Assembly: GCA_964016885.1 (NCBI GenBank)
Contig: OZ024747.1
Coordinates: forward strand, 71,548,001 to 71,612,000
Source: Eledone cirrhosa
Lineage: Eukaryota
Direction: 5' to 3'
DNA: 64,000 bases
Below the pieces are notes generated by a model. The model was not told the DNA's origin and did not search any database. It saw only the letters and a list, made by a program, of their open reading frames with translations. Shown here one piece after another: positions 45,317 to 58,800 of the stretch. Every line of letters begins with the position of its first letter. Position 1 is the stretch's first letter. Made by a program: the position numbers and the translations under genes.

Positions 45317-45324
<8 letters not shown>
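44894..45324. mobile_element. 344-bp spacerless palindrome (44981-45324) with one-sided tail 44894-44980
   Basis: Centre CA|TG at 45152/45153; no mismatch seen; (TA)n flanks. Confidence 0.9.
45216..45286 (+). ncRNA. Minimal hammerhead ribozyme (mirror 45019-45089, minus)
   Basis: TGTTTTAT-CTGATGA-AAACACAAATATTAT..ATGATGTTTGTTTTT-GAAA-TGCGCA-TA-ATAAAATA. Confidence 0.85.
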
Positions 45325-45372
<48 letters not shown>

Positions 45373-45811
45373 GTGAGGTTTTTTTTACAAAATGAAAAAT
45401 AACCGAGGTGTCCTACACGAGTGAAAGTATAAAGAAAAAGAGATGAAATCGAAAATGCAACTGGAGTCTTATTTTTTTTTAAAATATATATATTTATTTG
45501 GTTCCTTTACCGGTTTCGCAGTTCTTCTGCTTTTCAAAAGGTGAGTTGAGATGGAGGGTCTGTGGTTTTTCTCACAGATGTGAGAAAAACCACAGACCAC
45601 ATCACACGCGTAAACTATGTTTCTAATAAGGCAGAAACCATTCAGGGGGCAGCCTGAAGCCCTTCTACAGTTACAGTTTCTGGTGATGCTATTCTCAGAA
45701 TGATCACCACTTGTGTTCCGGCCCCCTCTGTCCACTACCGTGTTTTCCCCTAGGCTTAGGTTGTCCAGGCCTTCCTTTATTTTCCTATTATTAGTAACTA
45801 ATTATTATTAT

Positions 45812-46362
45812 TTACTAATAATAGGAAAATAAAGGAAGGCCTGGACAACCTAAGCCTAGGGGAAAACACGGTAGTGGACAGAGGGGGCCGGAACACAAGT
45901 GGTGATCATTCTGAGAATAGCATCACCAGAAACTGTAACTGTAGAAGGGCTTCAGGCTGCCCCCTGAATGGTTTCTGCCTTATTAGAAACATAGTTTACG
46001 CGTGTGATGTGGTAACTACGGCGTCCACTAAAACCTATATAGGATCAACCTCCACCCCCTTTAAGACCAGGTTTAACTCTCACCAGTGCACTTTTAGACA
46101 TAATAAACTGAGGAACTCCACCTCCTTGGCAGCGTACGTCCACAATTTAAAAAATGCACGAACACATTACACACTTACTTGGCGGCAGGTTGCTAAATCC
46201 CATCCATATACTCCTCATAATAGAGTATGTAACCTATGCCTTGCCGAATCCCACTCTATTATATTTGCTAAATGCCCTCTACTAAACAGAAAGTCAGAAA
46301 TATTTTCCTCTTGCCCCCACCGAATATTAAGCTCTTTCTTCTACTTTAAACCTATTAGCTAG
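45812..46362 (+). pseudogene. PLE GIY-YIG endonuclease C-terminal remnant
   Basis: CNCRR..CPLNGFCL..NIVY..YIGST..FKTRFNSH..CNLCLAE..LLNRKSEIFSSCPHR; homologous to 22610-23040. Confidence 0.9.
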
Positions 46363-48418
46363 CACTTCCTTAATTCTCCAGTTGGGCTATCTTGTGTAAC
46401 TGTCTCTTATTGTGTGTAACTGTCTCCTATTGTTTGTCTTCTATGTATATGAGTCAGTGAGTGTATACGTATGCCTGCGGGAGAATATTGATCTGGATAT
46501 TGCGGTGTACAGGTGAGTGGGTGTGTATGTTAATAGGCACCCCTGTTTGGCACAGCGGATGTAACCCATCCACGCTCGCCTACCCACCATTGGTGCATTG
46601 GTGGGTCTATCCTGACGTATATCTTGTGGATCTGTACCTCTGTATGCGCATGAGTTATGATGTAATGTATCTATGTAGAGCGTGTACTGTGATATAGGCT
46701 GCACAAATAGAAATTTAGCCTGTAACTGTGGGCGGACCTGTGCCATCTCGCCGTAAGCAGTAGATACGTGGCACATGTACGTGTTGCCCTCCTATTCTGT
46801 GGTTTAAGATCTACAGGCTGACTTCTGGGAGCTCTTGCCCGGGGTTGTAGTCTTTCTAGCACGATTGGCCTTCCATATATTGACGGTCGTTGTTATTGTC
46901 CCGAAAGTAACGTTTTGGCCCCGATAGCCCTCCGTAGTTACTAACGGTCTGTGTACACTTGAATCGGGCAATGGCACGTGCGGACACGATTATCTCCGTA
47001 GGAATTCAATTTGATTTATTTTACTGCATCTCCTCGTATGTATTTATTTTGAATGTATTATCCGTGGTGGTGGGTCTTGTCTAATGTGGTATTTCTGTGT
47101 TTAATATCAGCTTTGACCCGGGTGTCCTACGCTGTGTGTGTGTGCGTGTGTGTCTGTGTATACATTTATATGTGTATGGGTGTAGGTGGTTGTATATGTC
47201 TGTATATAAAAATATATATATATGTATACCGTCTCTGCATATGCATGTGGTGTGTATATATGCATATACGTGCTGAACATATTGGTGTGTATAATCTTGA
47301 GATGTCCCAATGCGGTGACTTCATGATATTGGCTCTTGAAGCTATTTTTTATATATCTTTTATTTTTCATATATCTTTTGTATGCGCTGTTGAGTATGCA
47401 TATTAACCCGCCTGACCCAACTGTGTCTGCTTGCTTTCGGCTAGCCCGCCTGCACCTGCTTGCTTTCGGCCCACCTGTCTGCCTCTTGCTGCTGCACGTG
47501 AATTCTCCTACCTTCCTTCGATGTACCTCTGTTGACCATTGGACTCCTGCCCGGGTGTGAACCGGTTTGTGATTACCCCACCGCTCAACTGTGTGAATGC
47601 ACACCCGTGACTTTCGAGTGAACTTTTGAGACTGCCCAACCTGGGACGTCTCCATTGCATTGCAATGGTCAAGTGATACTGATAACTGTGACACTTAATG
47701 CCTTCGTGGGCCCCTGATATATTCAAGAAATATATTCTAAAAAAATATATATCTTATCTCAATTTACTTTATTTTATTTTATTTTATTTTATTTTATTTC
47801 ATTTAATTTTATTTAATTTTATTTATTTAATTTTATTTAATTTTATTTATTTAATTATATCTTATATTATATTATTTTATTTTAGTTTATTTTATTTTAT
47901 TTTAGTTTATTTTATTTTATTTTATTTTATCTTATTTTATTATTATATTATATTATATTCTATTTTATATAATTTTAATTTTAATTTTATATTATTTTAT
48001 TCTATTTTATTTCATTCCTTACCCTGTATCACTATTATCTGTATATTTTATATTTTATATGTATGTTTTTTTATATTTTCTTATATATATTATAAGTCTA
48101 TTTTTTACCTATTTTTCACCTATTTTTTATATCTACTCTTACCTAATCCTATCTATCTTATCTATCCTTGTCTGTTCTCTTATCCATGTGTATGCTTGTA
48201 TGTAACTATATGTTGACAGCACCCCGCCCAACTGTGACTGATAGCACCCCTTATTTTTCAATTATTTTTCATTGTTTATTTTTCAATGTTTATTTTTATT
48301 TTTATTTTTATTTTTATTTTTACTTCCTCAATATCTTCTATCTTTTATTATTTTTCATTCTTTATTTCTTCAATGTCTTGGATTTGTTATTGCTTGTGTG
48401 GTATGTAATTAACCTTTA

Positions 48419-48464
48419 TGCTCTGATGAGTCCCACTTATAGTGCGGATGAAACAATGTTAGCA
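48419..48464 (+). ncRNA. Minimal hammerhead ribozyme, family D
   Basis: TGCT-CTGATGA-GTCCCACT TAT AGTGCGGAT-GAAA-CAATG-TT-AGCA. Confidence 0.8.
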
Positions 48465-48745
48465 AGTAAAGATATGCATATGCTATATGCGTTCTTTGTT
48501 ATTGATTACATCACGGCTCTGTCCTCAGACATCGAGCTAACCTTATACTGCCTGTTGGATAAGTGGCGTATTATACACCCCTGATCCTCTCCCTAGTATA
48601 CATATATTATATATACATATATCTATACACATATATATATACATATATATATATACATATATATATATACATATAATTATGTATATATATATGTATATAT
48701 ATATATATATTATATATACATATATCTATACACATATATATATAC

Positions 48746-48790
<45 letters not shown>

Positions 48791-48821
48791 TATATCTATA
48801 CATATATATATGTGTGTGTGA

Positions 48822-48863
<42 letters not shown>

Positions 48864-49062
48864 ATGTGTTTTTCTATGTCTACACATATGTACATTGTAC
48901 ATTTCGACTTTCGGAGTATTTATAGGAACGGTATTTTATTATGCAAAAGAAAAAGTAAAAATGAAAGCCAGCTTCAATATGAAATAACTTTCGTTATGAG
49001 ACATGAATAAACGATTGAAAGATCTTGGTTATTGAATTGAGCACAGCTTTTCTATATGCTGC

Positions 49063-49131
<69 letters not shown>

Positions 49132-49298
49132 TCAGTGTGTCGGCCTCTGTGTGTGTGTCGGCTTGTGTGTGTGTCGGAGAATCAGTGGTGTGACGAATAA
49201 GACTTATTAGACATATTACAATCGTTTCTCTGCTCTGTAAGAGCGTCGAGTGCTCGAAGGGCATATACCGTTTACGGACGCTTTAAGCATCCCACACC

Positions 49299-49362
<64 letters not shown>

Positions 49363-49368
<6 letters not shown>

Positions 49369-49970
49369 ATACTTTGGGAGGGTCATGTTGCCAATAAGAA
49401 ACACACGCACCAGTTGCTTTCACTTCAATTTATTATATATTTATAAATTTATAAATTTACAAATCTACAAACTTATAAATTTCTGGTTGGTTGGTTGGTT
49501 CCACAACCAGATAGTTGTTTATATATAGTCACAGTCCTTTCGTCACACACTCTGTGACCTCTTCAGTGACTGGGGATTCCTTTCTTTGTTTCTGTGCCTT
49601 TCCTTTCCTCTGTCCTACGCCATTTTGTTTATGTGTGTGTGTTGTGTGCTCAGCTTGCGCATGCGCCACATCCGGGTGTCTGTGTGTGTTTGTGTTCACT
49701 TATCTACTTGTTCACCTATTTATTTATTTATTGTTGGTTGGTTGTTTGTTCCATGTGTGTGTGTGTTTTCATTTTGTCCCCAATTGTAAGTTGTGATGTT
49801 GCTGTTCCACTCATATTTTCTATTTAATTTTGGTTGTAATTCTTTTATGCTTACTGCCTCAACGTATCTCCATAATATCAACAGTCCAAAATCTCCCAAA
49901 GTATAACAATATCGGTTTCAACACACGATTTCAGATGAAGAATCTTGCTAAACAAATTCAGAAACGAAAT
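49363..49970 (-). mobile_element. PLE family B short copy with inverted tail-bearing end (49893-49970); HHR 49527-49571 has G at the cleavage position
   Basis: 49363-49860 matches 3389-3881; (TA)n flanks. Confidence 0.9.
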
Positions 49971-50209
49971 ATATATATATATATAATCATCTTCAGTTCC
50001 TATAATTAATGAGAAGTTAATAACTCTGTAGATGACTATAAGTTGTCCAAGTAGAGGACCAAGTAGATGAACACATACTTAGTAACGTGTTATCATTTGT
50101 AGGATGTTTCTAGAAATCTACCTGGGATTGACATACTGGAGAAATGAAATGCGAGAAAAATCAGTTAATAAAAATACACATATTGAACTTTGATTTCTTA
50201 CAATTGTAT

Positions 50210-50425
50210 TAATGGTTTCTGATTTAGGCACAAGGCCAAAGATTTTGGGGAGGAAAACTCAATTAAATCGACCCCTGTGGGTTACTAGTACTTTATTTTA
50301 TCGACCCGTAAGGATGAAAGGGAAAGCTAACCTCGGCGAGATTTTAACTCAGAACGTAAAGGGACGTAACTCTATACGGAAAAGGCATATTGTCCGACGC
50401 TCTGTCTATACAGCCAATCCAACGT
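50210..50425 (-). mobile_element. tRNA-derived SINE (main family)
   Basis: Homologous to 596-775. Confidence 0.8.
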
Positions 50426-51464
50426 CCTGTGGATAGGTAATAGTGCTCTAGTTACTGGTGCATTAGTTGGTGGCCTCCCACCTTACCTATATAACTTACG
50501 ACTAGATGTGGGGGCTCCAATATTAAAAGCTTAAGAATTTAGAGTTAGTGACAGCCAATAAAACCCGGTTTCGTCTTCAGTATACGTTTGGGAAATTGGG
50601 AGACTTTTACATTTATGGCATTTAACCTTTTCCTGTGTGGTTTGATTATCTCATTTGATGCGCTTTACTAGCTTGGCAACAACACTTTATATTTCTACAC
50701 CATGGACATTGTTACTACAAGATCGCTGATGGAACAAACCATTTTTTACTGCTTCTTCAAGATGTGTACATTTTGCATCTCTCATACGTTTCTTGCATCG
50801 ACGGATAAGGATTTAGGATTTGTATCTAAATCCTTACTGGGTGAGCTAAATATTTCTGATGAATTCACAATGTTTGGTATGTGGGCATTGCTCAATTACC
50901 ACAGCGAGAATATACGTCTATATAACACTATATATATATATAGGAAAAGAGTCAGAACCTCGACGGCTGAGCTCCGGCCGTTTCGACAGCTAGCTAGCTG
51001 GTTACTTACCAAACTTCCTTCGTTTTATATATATATATATTTCGCTTTTATTCCTTTTTTATTTTCGTTCTATTTAATTCATTCTCTTACTTTCTTACAT
51101 TCTTTCCTTCCCTTTCATTTTGTTCCTTCGTTCCATTCAAATTTTGTTTCTTTGTTCCATTCCATTTTTTAAAATTACTTTCTCTTTTTCATTGATTTCA
51201 TTCTCTCTTTTTCTTTTGCCTTATGTTATTTTCTTACTTTCCCACTGTCTTTATATTTTCTTCTTCTTCGTGTATTGATAATTTCTCCTCCTACCTCACC
51301 CTCTTCTTCTTCTTTTAAACACTAATACCAGTCTCCATTTACTTGGGTGAGTAATGAATATCAAAGCTGAATAGAATGGGTCAAATACACTTAATTGTCG
51401 GGAGAGGGAAATAATGGCGGAGAAGAAAGAAATAGTAATTTTAATCCTATTTCTTGTTCACTCT

Positions 51465-51882
51465 ATTTCTACCTCTCCATCTATCTATCGCTCTCTATCA
51501 ATCTATCTGTACCTCTATATATCTCTATCTATCTCTACTTCTATCTATCTCTACCTCTATATATCTCTATCTATCTCTACCTCTATCTATCTCTACCTCT
51601 ATATATCTCTATCTATCTCTACCTCTATACATCTCTATCTATCTCTACCTCTATCTATCCCTACCTCTATATATCTCTATCTATCTATACCTCTATCTAT
51701 CTCTACCTCTATATATCTCTATCTATCTATACCTCTATCTATCTATACCTCTATCTATCTCTACCTCTATATATCTCTATCTATCTCTACCTCTATCTAT
51801 CTCTACCTCTATCTATCTCTACCTCTATCTATCCCTACCTCTATATATCTCTATCTATCTCTACCTCTATATATCTCTATCC
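51465..51882. repeat. Minisatellite of CTATCTATCTCTACCTCTATATATCT-type units
   Basis: Direct reading. Confidence 0.9.
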
Positions 51883-51939
51883 TTCTCCACTTACCAATGA
51901 GAGAGGAAAGAGGGATCATTTATAAACGGATTATGAGTA

Positions 51940-52410
51940 CATGATAGATTATTGTTCATTCAAAAGCTTACAAAAAAACTTCTTGTGATGCTTATATACT
52001 CGGAAGTGAAGGAATTAACTTCCCAACTAAAAATAGAATATTGTGTGGATCGCCTCCTCATGCTCACTCCATACATTAGATAATCTTACGAATTACAAGA
52101 CCAACTTCCTCCACAACTCTAAATGTAGGAATATTAACCTCTCTAAAGACGAAATGGGAATAGTTAGTAAGCGTATTCTCGATATTATCAGCCTCAAGAT
52201 TTGACGCATGGCAAGACTAGAGCAAGGGATCTACGTTATCGTATTCGTGTGATTTTACAACATTAGCAACAAAGCTACTTGTAGTTTCATTTATTTCAAA
52301 ATTGTGAACATTTATCCTTCGATATCCAAGACCCTCCTCTTGAAAGATCTAGATTTTGGTAGGGAAATAATGCCACAGTCAGCGATCTAAACACCAAGAT
52401 TATAATGAAC
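51940..52410 (+). pseudogene. Old decayed PLE RT fragment (family A/D type)
   Basis: Manual translation NYKTNF..KCRNINLSKDEMGIVSKRILD and SFIYFKIVNIYPSISKTLLLKDLDF aligns with ORF 23914..24342. Confidence 0.7.
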
Positions 52411-53044
52411 ATTAAGTAGTCACGATGATTTCTACAGAGTCAAAATGAAGGGTGGATCTTTGTTTGATCAGAAGGAAAGAGTGCTGCATAATCACTGAAA
52501 AAGTGCTGCATCGACCCTGAAAGGATGAAAAGCAAAGTGGGCCTCGGTAGGATTTAAATTCAGAACACAGAAACATAGAACGACTACCCAGTTCTTTAAA
52601 GACTACCAAATCCACCGCAGAATAGTGCTTCCTGTAGAAGAAGCATATTACAGGTTTGCAGCTAGATACGTAGTTTCCTACCTGGCAGGCACTGAGGTAA
52701 GAATTAACAGAGCATTGGTTCATGAACTAGAGGATGAATCAAAATATACTTCATCATAGATATGGCAGCGATCATGTTAGAGAAAGATCAAATCTGAAAT
52801 CAAACAAAAAGCCCTCAGCAAGGAGTTAAACGAGTTATTGCTGCATGGTTAGAATGTTTGTGGCAACACTCGGTTGGGTGTGGTGGTTCAAGAGATGGAA
52901 GTATAAAAACAGTGAGTGTTCAATGAGGGTTAAAATGGCATATATACAGCTCAACACAACTGACGAAGGCGATATTAATGTACATATAGATGTATAAATA
53001 AATACACATAAATATAAATTTATATATGGATACATATATGTGTG

Positions 53045-53079
<35 letters not shown>

Positions 53080-53114
53080 ACACATATATATATATATATG
53101 AATATATATATATA

Positions 53115-53206
<92 letters not shown>

Positions 53207-53847
53207 CATATTTACATATACATTATACTTATATATACATATATACGCATATATATATATGTGTGTGTGTATGTATATTAAATATTAAATGATTATATAT
53301 ACATATCTATAAATGTGTGTGTTTGCGCGCGCGTGCTTATGTGTGTAATGTATAAATATAATTCATGTATGTATGAATGTATATATGTATATTCGTACAT
53401 ATTTATGATAATGTAGAAAAAATAAAGCAATGAATAATAGTCTTATTTTAGTTTTAGGGTTAGGAGGCATTTAGCCTGTAAGAGGTGTTTATGATGAAGC
53501 TATTGTGATTGATTTCCTTACAATTTGCTAGGTCTGTCTATTTAGCAAATAACACACTTTGTGCCAATGTCTAGTTTTTGCTGGGCAAAAGGCAAAAAAG
53601 AAAAAAGCTCTTTAAATTCCCATTTTGTTGACACTACTCAGTGAAATTGTCGGTCGACACAGAAGCAACAAACCCCTTTGGGTAAAAAGTATTTCTTTGG
53701 GATAATAGCTCACAATTGATTGGTTGACATCGTTAGGTTTTGGCTGTTGCGTACATTTCCCCTTAGCTTTCAGCACTGAATACATTCTACATATGTAGCC
53801 ATTTTTGTTTGTTGTGATGGTGTTACTGTTTTAGTGATGCTGATGCT

Positions 53848-53937
53848 GAAGAAGAAGAAGAAGAAGAAGAAGAAGAAGAAGAAGAAGAAGAAGAAAAAAG
53901 AAGAAGAAGAAGAAGAAGAAGAAGAAGAAGAAGAAGA
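53848..53937. repeat. (GAA)n microsatellite
   Basis: Direct reading. Confidence 0.95.
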
Positions 53938-54294
53938 CTTGTCATAGTAATAATAACGACGACAAAGAAATGAAGAAGGTACGAAGAAGAATTTCTTCAT
54001 TTGTCATCATATATTACATAAAAAATGAGAGACAGCAAAGGGACAGACAGAAAAAATGAACGATTTTGAATGAATGAAGAAGTAAATGAGTGAGTGAGAG
54101 TGAGAAAATTCAGTAATAATAATTCTTTCTACCATTGAAACAAGTTCGGCAATTTGAAGGAAGGGAAAAATAGATTATATCGATTATTTAACTGGTACTT
54201 TATTCAATCGACACCGGTGGGATTTGAACTCAGAACATAAAGAACTGGATGACTCTGCCAACCAACCGACCTCATAACAACAACAACAATAATA

Positions 54295-54510
54295 ATTGTT
54301 TCTACTTTAGGCACAAGGCCGGAAATTTGGTGGGAGGAAAAATTCGATTAAATCGACTCCAGTGCATTACTGGTACTTTATTTATCAACCCTGTAAGGAT
54401 GAAAGGCAAAGCTAACCTCGACGGGATTTGAAATCAGAACGTAGAGGGCCATAACTCTATGCTACAAAGCATGGTGTCTGACGCTCTACCGATACTGTCA
54501 ATCCACCATA
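54295..54510 (-). mobile_element. tRNA-derived SINE (main family)
   Basis: Full-length homologue of 596-775. Confidence 0.85.
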
Positions 54511-56475
54511 CTGAGAGGAACTCCGTCGATTTCGAAGATGAGTGTTCTAGTTGTTCAATCAACGGAACTGCCTGCTCCTGAAATTAAGGTGTATGTGGGT
54601 GAGAATTCCACAAACATGTGTAGTATCCTTCAGGTAACTCTCAGAGAGATTCAGCTTAAGGTGGGATGTGACAAAACTAGTCCTTTGAAATACAGGCACA
54701 GTCTACCCGACAGACTTTCAAACTGTTTCATTACAAGGCATAATTCGACCCGAGGCATGCCACTTGCCCAAGATACCACGCAGTAGCATTGATTTCGGAT
54801 CCTTATGATTGCAAAACGACCTCCTTGATCAGTCGTGACTGAAGAGTACTCTCAATCCTTTTTGACATGATTTCTACGGTGAGAAGCCCTTCCTAGACCC
54901 AACTACTTTATAGAGTATACTTAAAATATATTACACGACTAAATAAGCTTATTCAAATGGTATCTCCGAGTTATCTATTCTCTAGTGTCCTCTACTAACT
55001 CATATACATTCTGGTACATTACTTCCGGCAGCTATAAATAGACCACCGTTTGCAAACAAAGGAAAGAAAATGGTCAACCTGTAACAACTCCGAATCCGTT
55101 TCTTATTATAGTCTTCTGGTAAAGAGTTTTTAGACCCGAAGTAAATGTAATAACCGCTGATACACCAGTATCTTCGTTGCCTTCAATCTATTCCAAATTC
55201 GTAGCCTTCCAATAACATATTACTTTATACACTAGCACAATACTTCAAGCAATACTACAGCGAACTCATATTCATTTAGTAATTCTCTCATCTCTATTTC
55301 ACAAAGTATTGGTAAAGACCTATGCTTCGATGATGAAACCATAATACTAGACAGATATTAAAAATTCTCTCCCGTAATTGTCGAAACAAATAAGTCAGTG
55401 TTTCCCTCTCATCACGCAATTACTTATATTTCGACATTTTAATGCTCCCAGCAATAAATGTTAACAGTAACTATATAAATAAAATATTTCACTGGCACAT
55501 AAATTGTTATAGTTAGCTTTTTTATTGTTCCATGCATTAAATATGTTAGTACTAACGTTTTGACAATTAGAGTGGTGTCTACGGTCGCTAATGAGGCTAA
55601 ATATACAAAATAAATCAATAATTAATAGTTTGTTTTTTTATGTTTTCACAGAATAATTATTTCTAGTATGTTTCTTGCTGTTCGGTGCATTAAATATGCT
55701 AACACTATTTTAGCTATTAAATATCTCAACTTCATTTAGAAAATCGAAACATCTTTAGTTTTCATTTTGTTTTCCTAACTAACCACTGACAGATTCCGTA
55801 AACTATTTTCGAGCCAGCAGATTCCTTTCAAGAATAGTGGAAATATTAGCAGGAATATAAAGTTTCTTGATTATATTTCAAAAGAGACTAGTTTTAATCC
55901 TCGGTAGTATATTAGAAACTAAACGATTGTGGATTAAGGGTCGCAATTTTATATGTATGACTGTCGGTCGATAACTGCTCTGGCCAACTTTAATTGCTTT
56001 ACAATTACAATGTGATTTGGCAACTTTGACATTTGCAATCAATATTCTGTATAAAGTGCTATATAAGAAACCAAAGTTCAACTGAGATATATTCCCACTT
56101 ATGACTGGCATTGACATCTAAACATATGTGACAGAATGGTCTCAACATGCTCAACTATACGCCTCATCCCATGTGAGCAACAAAATTGTAGAAAGCACCA
56201 CACACACACACCCAACAACAGATCCACTAGGAGCAACATCTACGTGATCTGTCGACCTGCTAGAAATAACAAACAAATCAGATCTTTATCGCATAATGAA
56301 TAATAATTTTTATCAAAGGCACAAGGCAACAAATTTGGAAGATGTTAGTCGATTAAATTGATCCCAGTAATAGAGTGGTACTTTATTTTATCGATCTAGG
56401 AAGAAGGAAAGGCAAAGTTGACCTCAGCGATATAGGAACTAATAAAACAAAGCCAGACCCGACATCGGTCTAAAC

Positions 56476-56814
56476 CAGGGGTTCTCAACCTGGTCCATGT
56501 GGACCACTAGTGGTCCACAGGAAAATCCAGGTGGTCCACAGAAAATTTTCAATAGCAAATTCTTTTTTGATCCATGCATTTGACTTAAAGCGCTGTTCTT
56601 ATTCTTCGCATAAGTACGACTTCAGCTGTTTATTTGCGTAGATTTTTAGGCACTGCGACATGATAATAGCATTTCCTAATTCATTGAAAAAAAAACATCT
56701 ACTGATGCTTATAAGTTGCAGTTCTATTACAAAAGATTTAAAAGTTTAGGTGGTCCACAGGAAAAAATTACTTATTTTGGTGGTCCACAACGAAAAAAAG
56801 GTTGAGAACCCCTG
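56476..56814. mobile_element. hAT-superfamily MITE
   Basis: 16-bp TIR CAGGGGTTCTCAACCT, perfect 8-bp TSD GTCTAAAC (56468-56475, 56815-56822), repeated subterminal GTGGTCCACA. Confidence 0.93.
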
Positions 56815-57034
56815 GTCTAAACGACAACACTTGGTAGCTATTTACCTATTTAGAGGGGGCGAGAGTGATACACTCAGATAATGAAACTTCCTCACATTGA
56901 CATGGGCTACGAATACGCAGGAGAATGGTTTAATAGATTGGGTTTATTCAACCCTTGTAGGCCAGGGAATCTTAAGAATGAAACTAAATGAGAACTAAAT
57001 GAACCAGCGCCATGTCATCTGTTCATTAATAATA

Positions 57035-58800
57035 ATTGTTTCTACTTTTGGCACAAGGCCAGCAATTACCCTAGTGCATTACTGGTGCTTTATTTTATTG
57101 ATCCCGTAAGGATAAAATGCAAAGTTAACCTTGGAGGGATTTGAAGTCAGGCCGTAAAGGGCCTTAACTCTATGCTGCAAAGCATGGCGTCCGACCCTCT
57201 ACCGATACTGCCAATCCACCGACCTGTTCATTATAATAATGATTTCAAATTTAGGCTCAAGGCCAGTAATTTGTGGGGAAGAATAAGTCGATTATTTTGG
57301 ACCCTAGTAATTAACTGGTACTTTGTTTTATCGAGTCGGAACAATCACTACAAAACATTTCGTCCAACACTCTAACAACGCTGCCAAATCCAGCGTCTTC
57401 TTTTCTTTATCATAATTCTTTCTAAACATTTGAGGGAGAGAGGAAAGTCGAATATATCGACCCCCTCCCCAGTAACTCCCACTTTATTTTGTCGACACAG
57501 CAAGGATGGCTAAGTTGACCTCGATGGGATTTGAACTGAGAATATAAAGAGCCGGAACAAATACTACAAAGGATTTGTCCAATGTTCTAATGACTCGGCT
57601 CTCTGTTTATTATAATAATTGTTTCAACATTTGGCACAAGGCCAGTGATCTGAAGGAAAAGGAAAACTGATTAAATCAACTCCAGTGTATTACTGGTACT
57701 TCATTTTATCGATTGAGTAAGGATGAGAAGCAAAGCAAACCTCGGCGGAATTTAAACTCAACGTAAAGAGTTGTTACTACATGCCGCAAAGCATGTTGTC
57801 CGACGCTCACCCCATCATCATAATGAAATATTGTTATCATTATATTAAAGCAGTAGGGTAGTGGATTGGCAGTACCGGTAGAGAGTCGAACACCATGCTT
57901 TGCAGCATAAAGTTACAGTCCTTTACATTCTGAGTTCAAATCCCGCCGAGGTTAACTTTGCCTTTTATCCTTACGGGGTCGGTAAAATAAAGCACCAGTA
58001 ATGTACTGGAGTCAATTTAATTGACTTTCCTCTCCCCCGCAAATTACTGGCCTTGTGCCTATACTAGAAATCATTATATTAAAGTAGTAAAATGTAGAAA
58101 TGTATTGGGTCGTCAAGTATGAAATTTGTAGAAAAAAAACAAATTTCTACAAATGTCATACTTGACGACCTAATAGGAAACAACTATATTAAATCGGTAG
58201 ATTATCAGAATCATTCTGACAGTTAAATGAAAATACTTAGCAATATTTGTTTCAATTCTCTATATTCTGAGTTCAAATCCCACCAGGGTCAACTTGGCCT
58301 TTCATTCTTTCGGGCTTGTTAAAATAAAATACCAATCAATTACTAATATAATTGATTGTACCACCACCCACCCACCGCCATATATTCTGACATTGTGCCT
58401 GTGTGAGAAATTATTGTTATTAAAATTGTTTTCTAAATGAGCAGACATACGAGCCATGGTTACTGCATCCTTATTTCAGGCAGCGTGTCTTGGACAATCT
58501 TGTCCCATGTCTCCCGTCTATCTTTAAGACGGTTCAGTAGGATTTGAGGATGATTCAGTTATTATTTCGAGCGAGTGGAACTACCACATAAACTCTCTAT
58601 CTGCTTATCTATATCGTCATTATTGTTGTTGTTTACAATAATGTTAGCAAAGCTAACTTATGAAATACCTCTGAGGTTAGCTTTGCCTTTCATCTTTACG
58701 GGGTCGATAAATAAAGTACCAGTAATGTACGGGGGTCGATTTAATCACACACACACACACCCTTCAAATTGCTGGCCTTGTTCCTAGATTAGAAACAATT
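57035..58800. mobile_element. Cluster of about seven main-family SINEs: four on minus (57035-57810), three on plus (57855-58800)
   Basis: Repeated family head, core and 3' end; TSD ATCATTATATTAAAG around 57855-58070. Confidence 0.85.

Larger units (their letters stand above)
45596..48595 (+). mobile_element. 5'-truncated PLE family D (Hydra-clade-like) with 202-bp 5' fold-back and ~2.2-kb 3' region
   Basis: GIY-YIG frame, inverted duplication 45596-45797 / 45812-46013, HHR near the 3' end, ends in TA microsatellite. Confidence 0.85.

Noticed and set aside
52955-52990. CTGACGAAGGC as a hammerhead
   Set aside because: No partner strands found before the sequence runs into microsatellite
53451-53465. 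TTAGGGTTAGG telomere-like sequence
   Set aside because: Under two units; expected by chance
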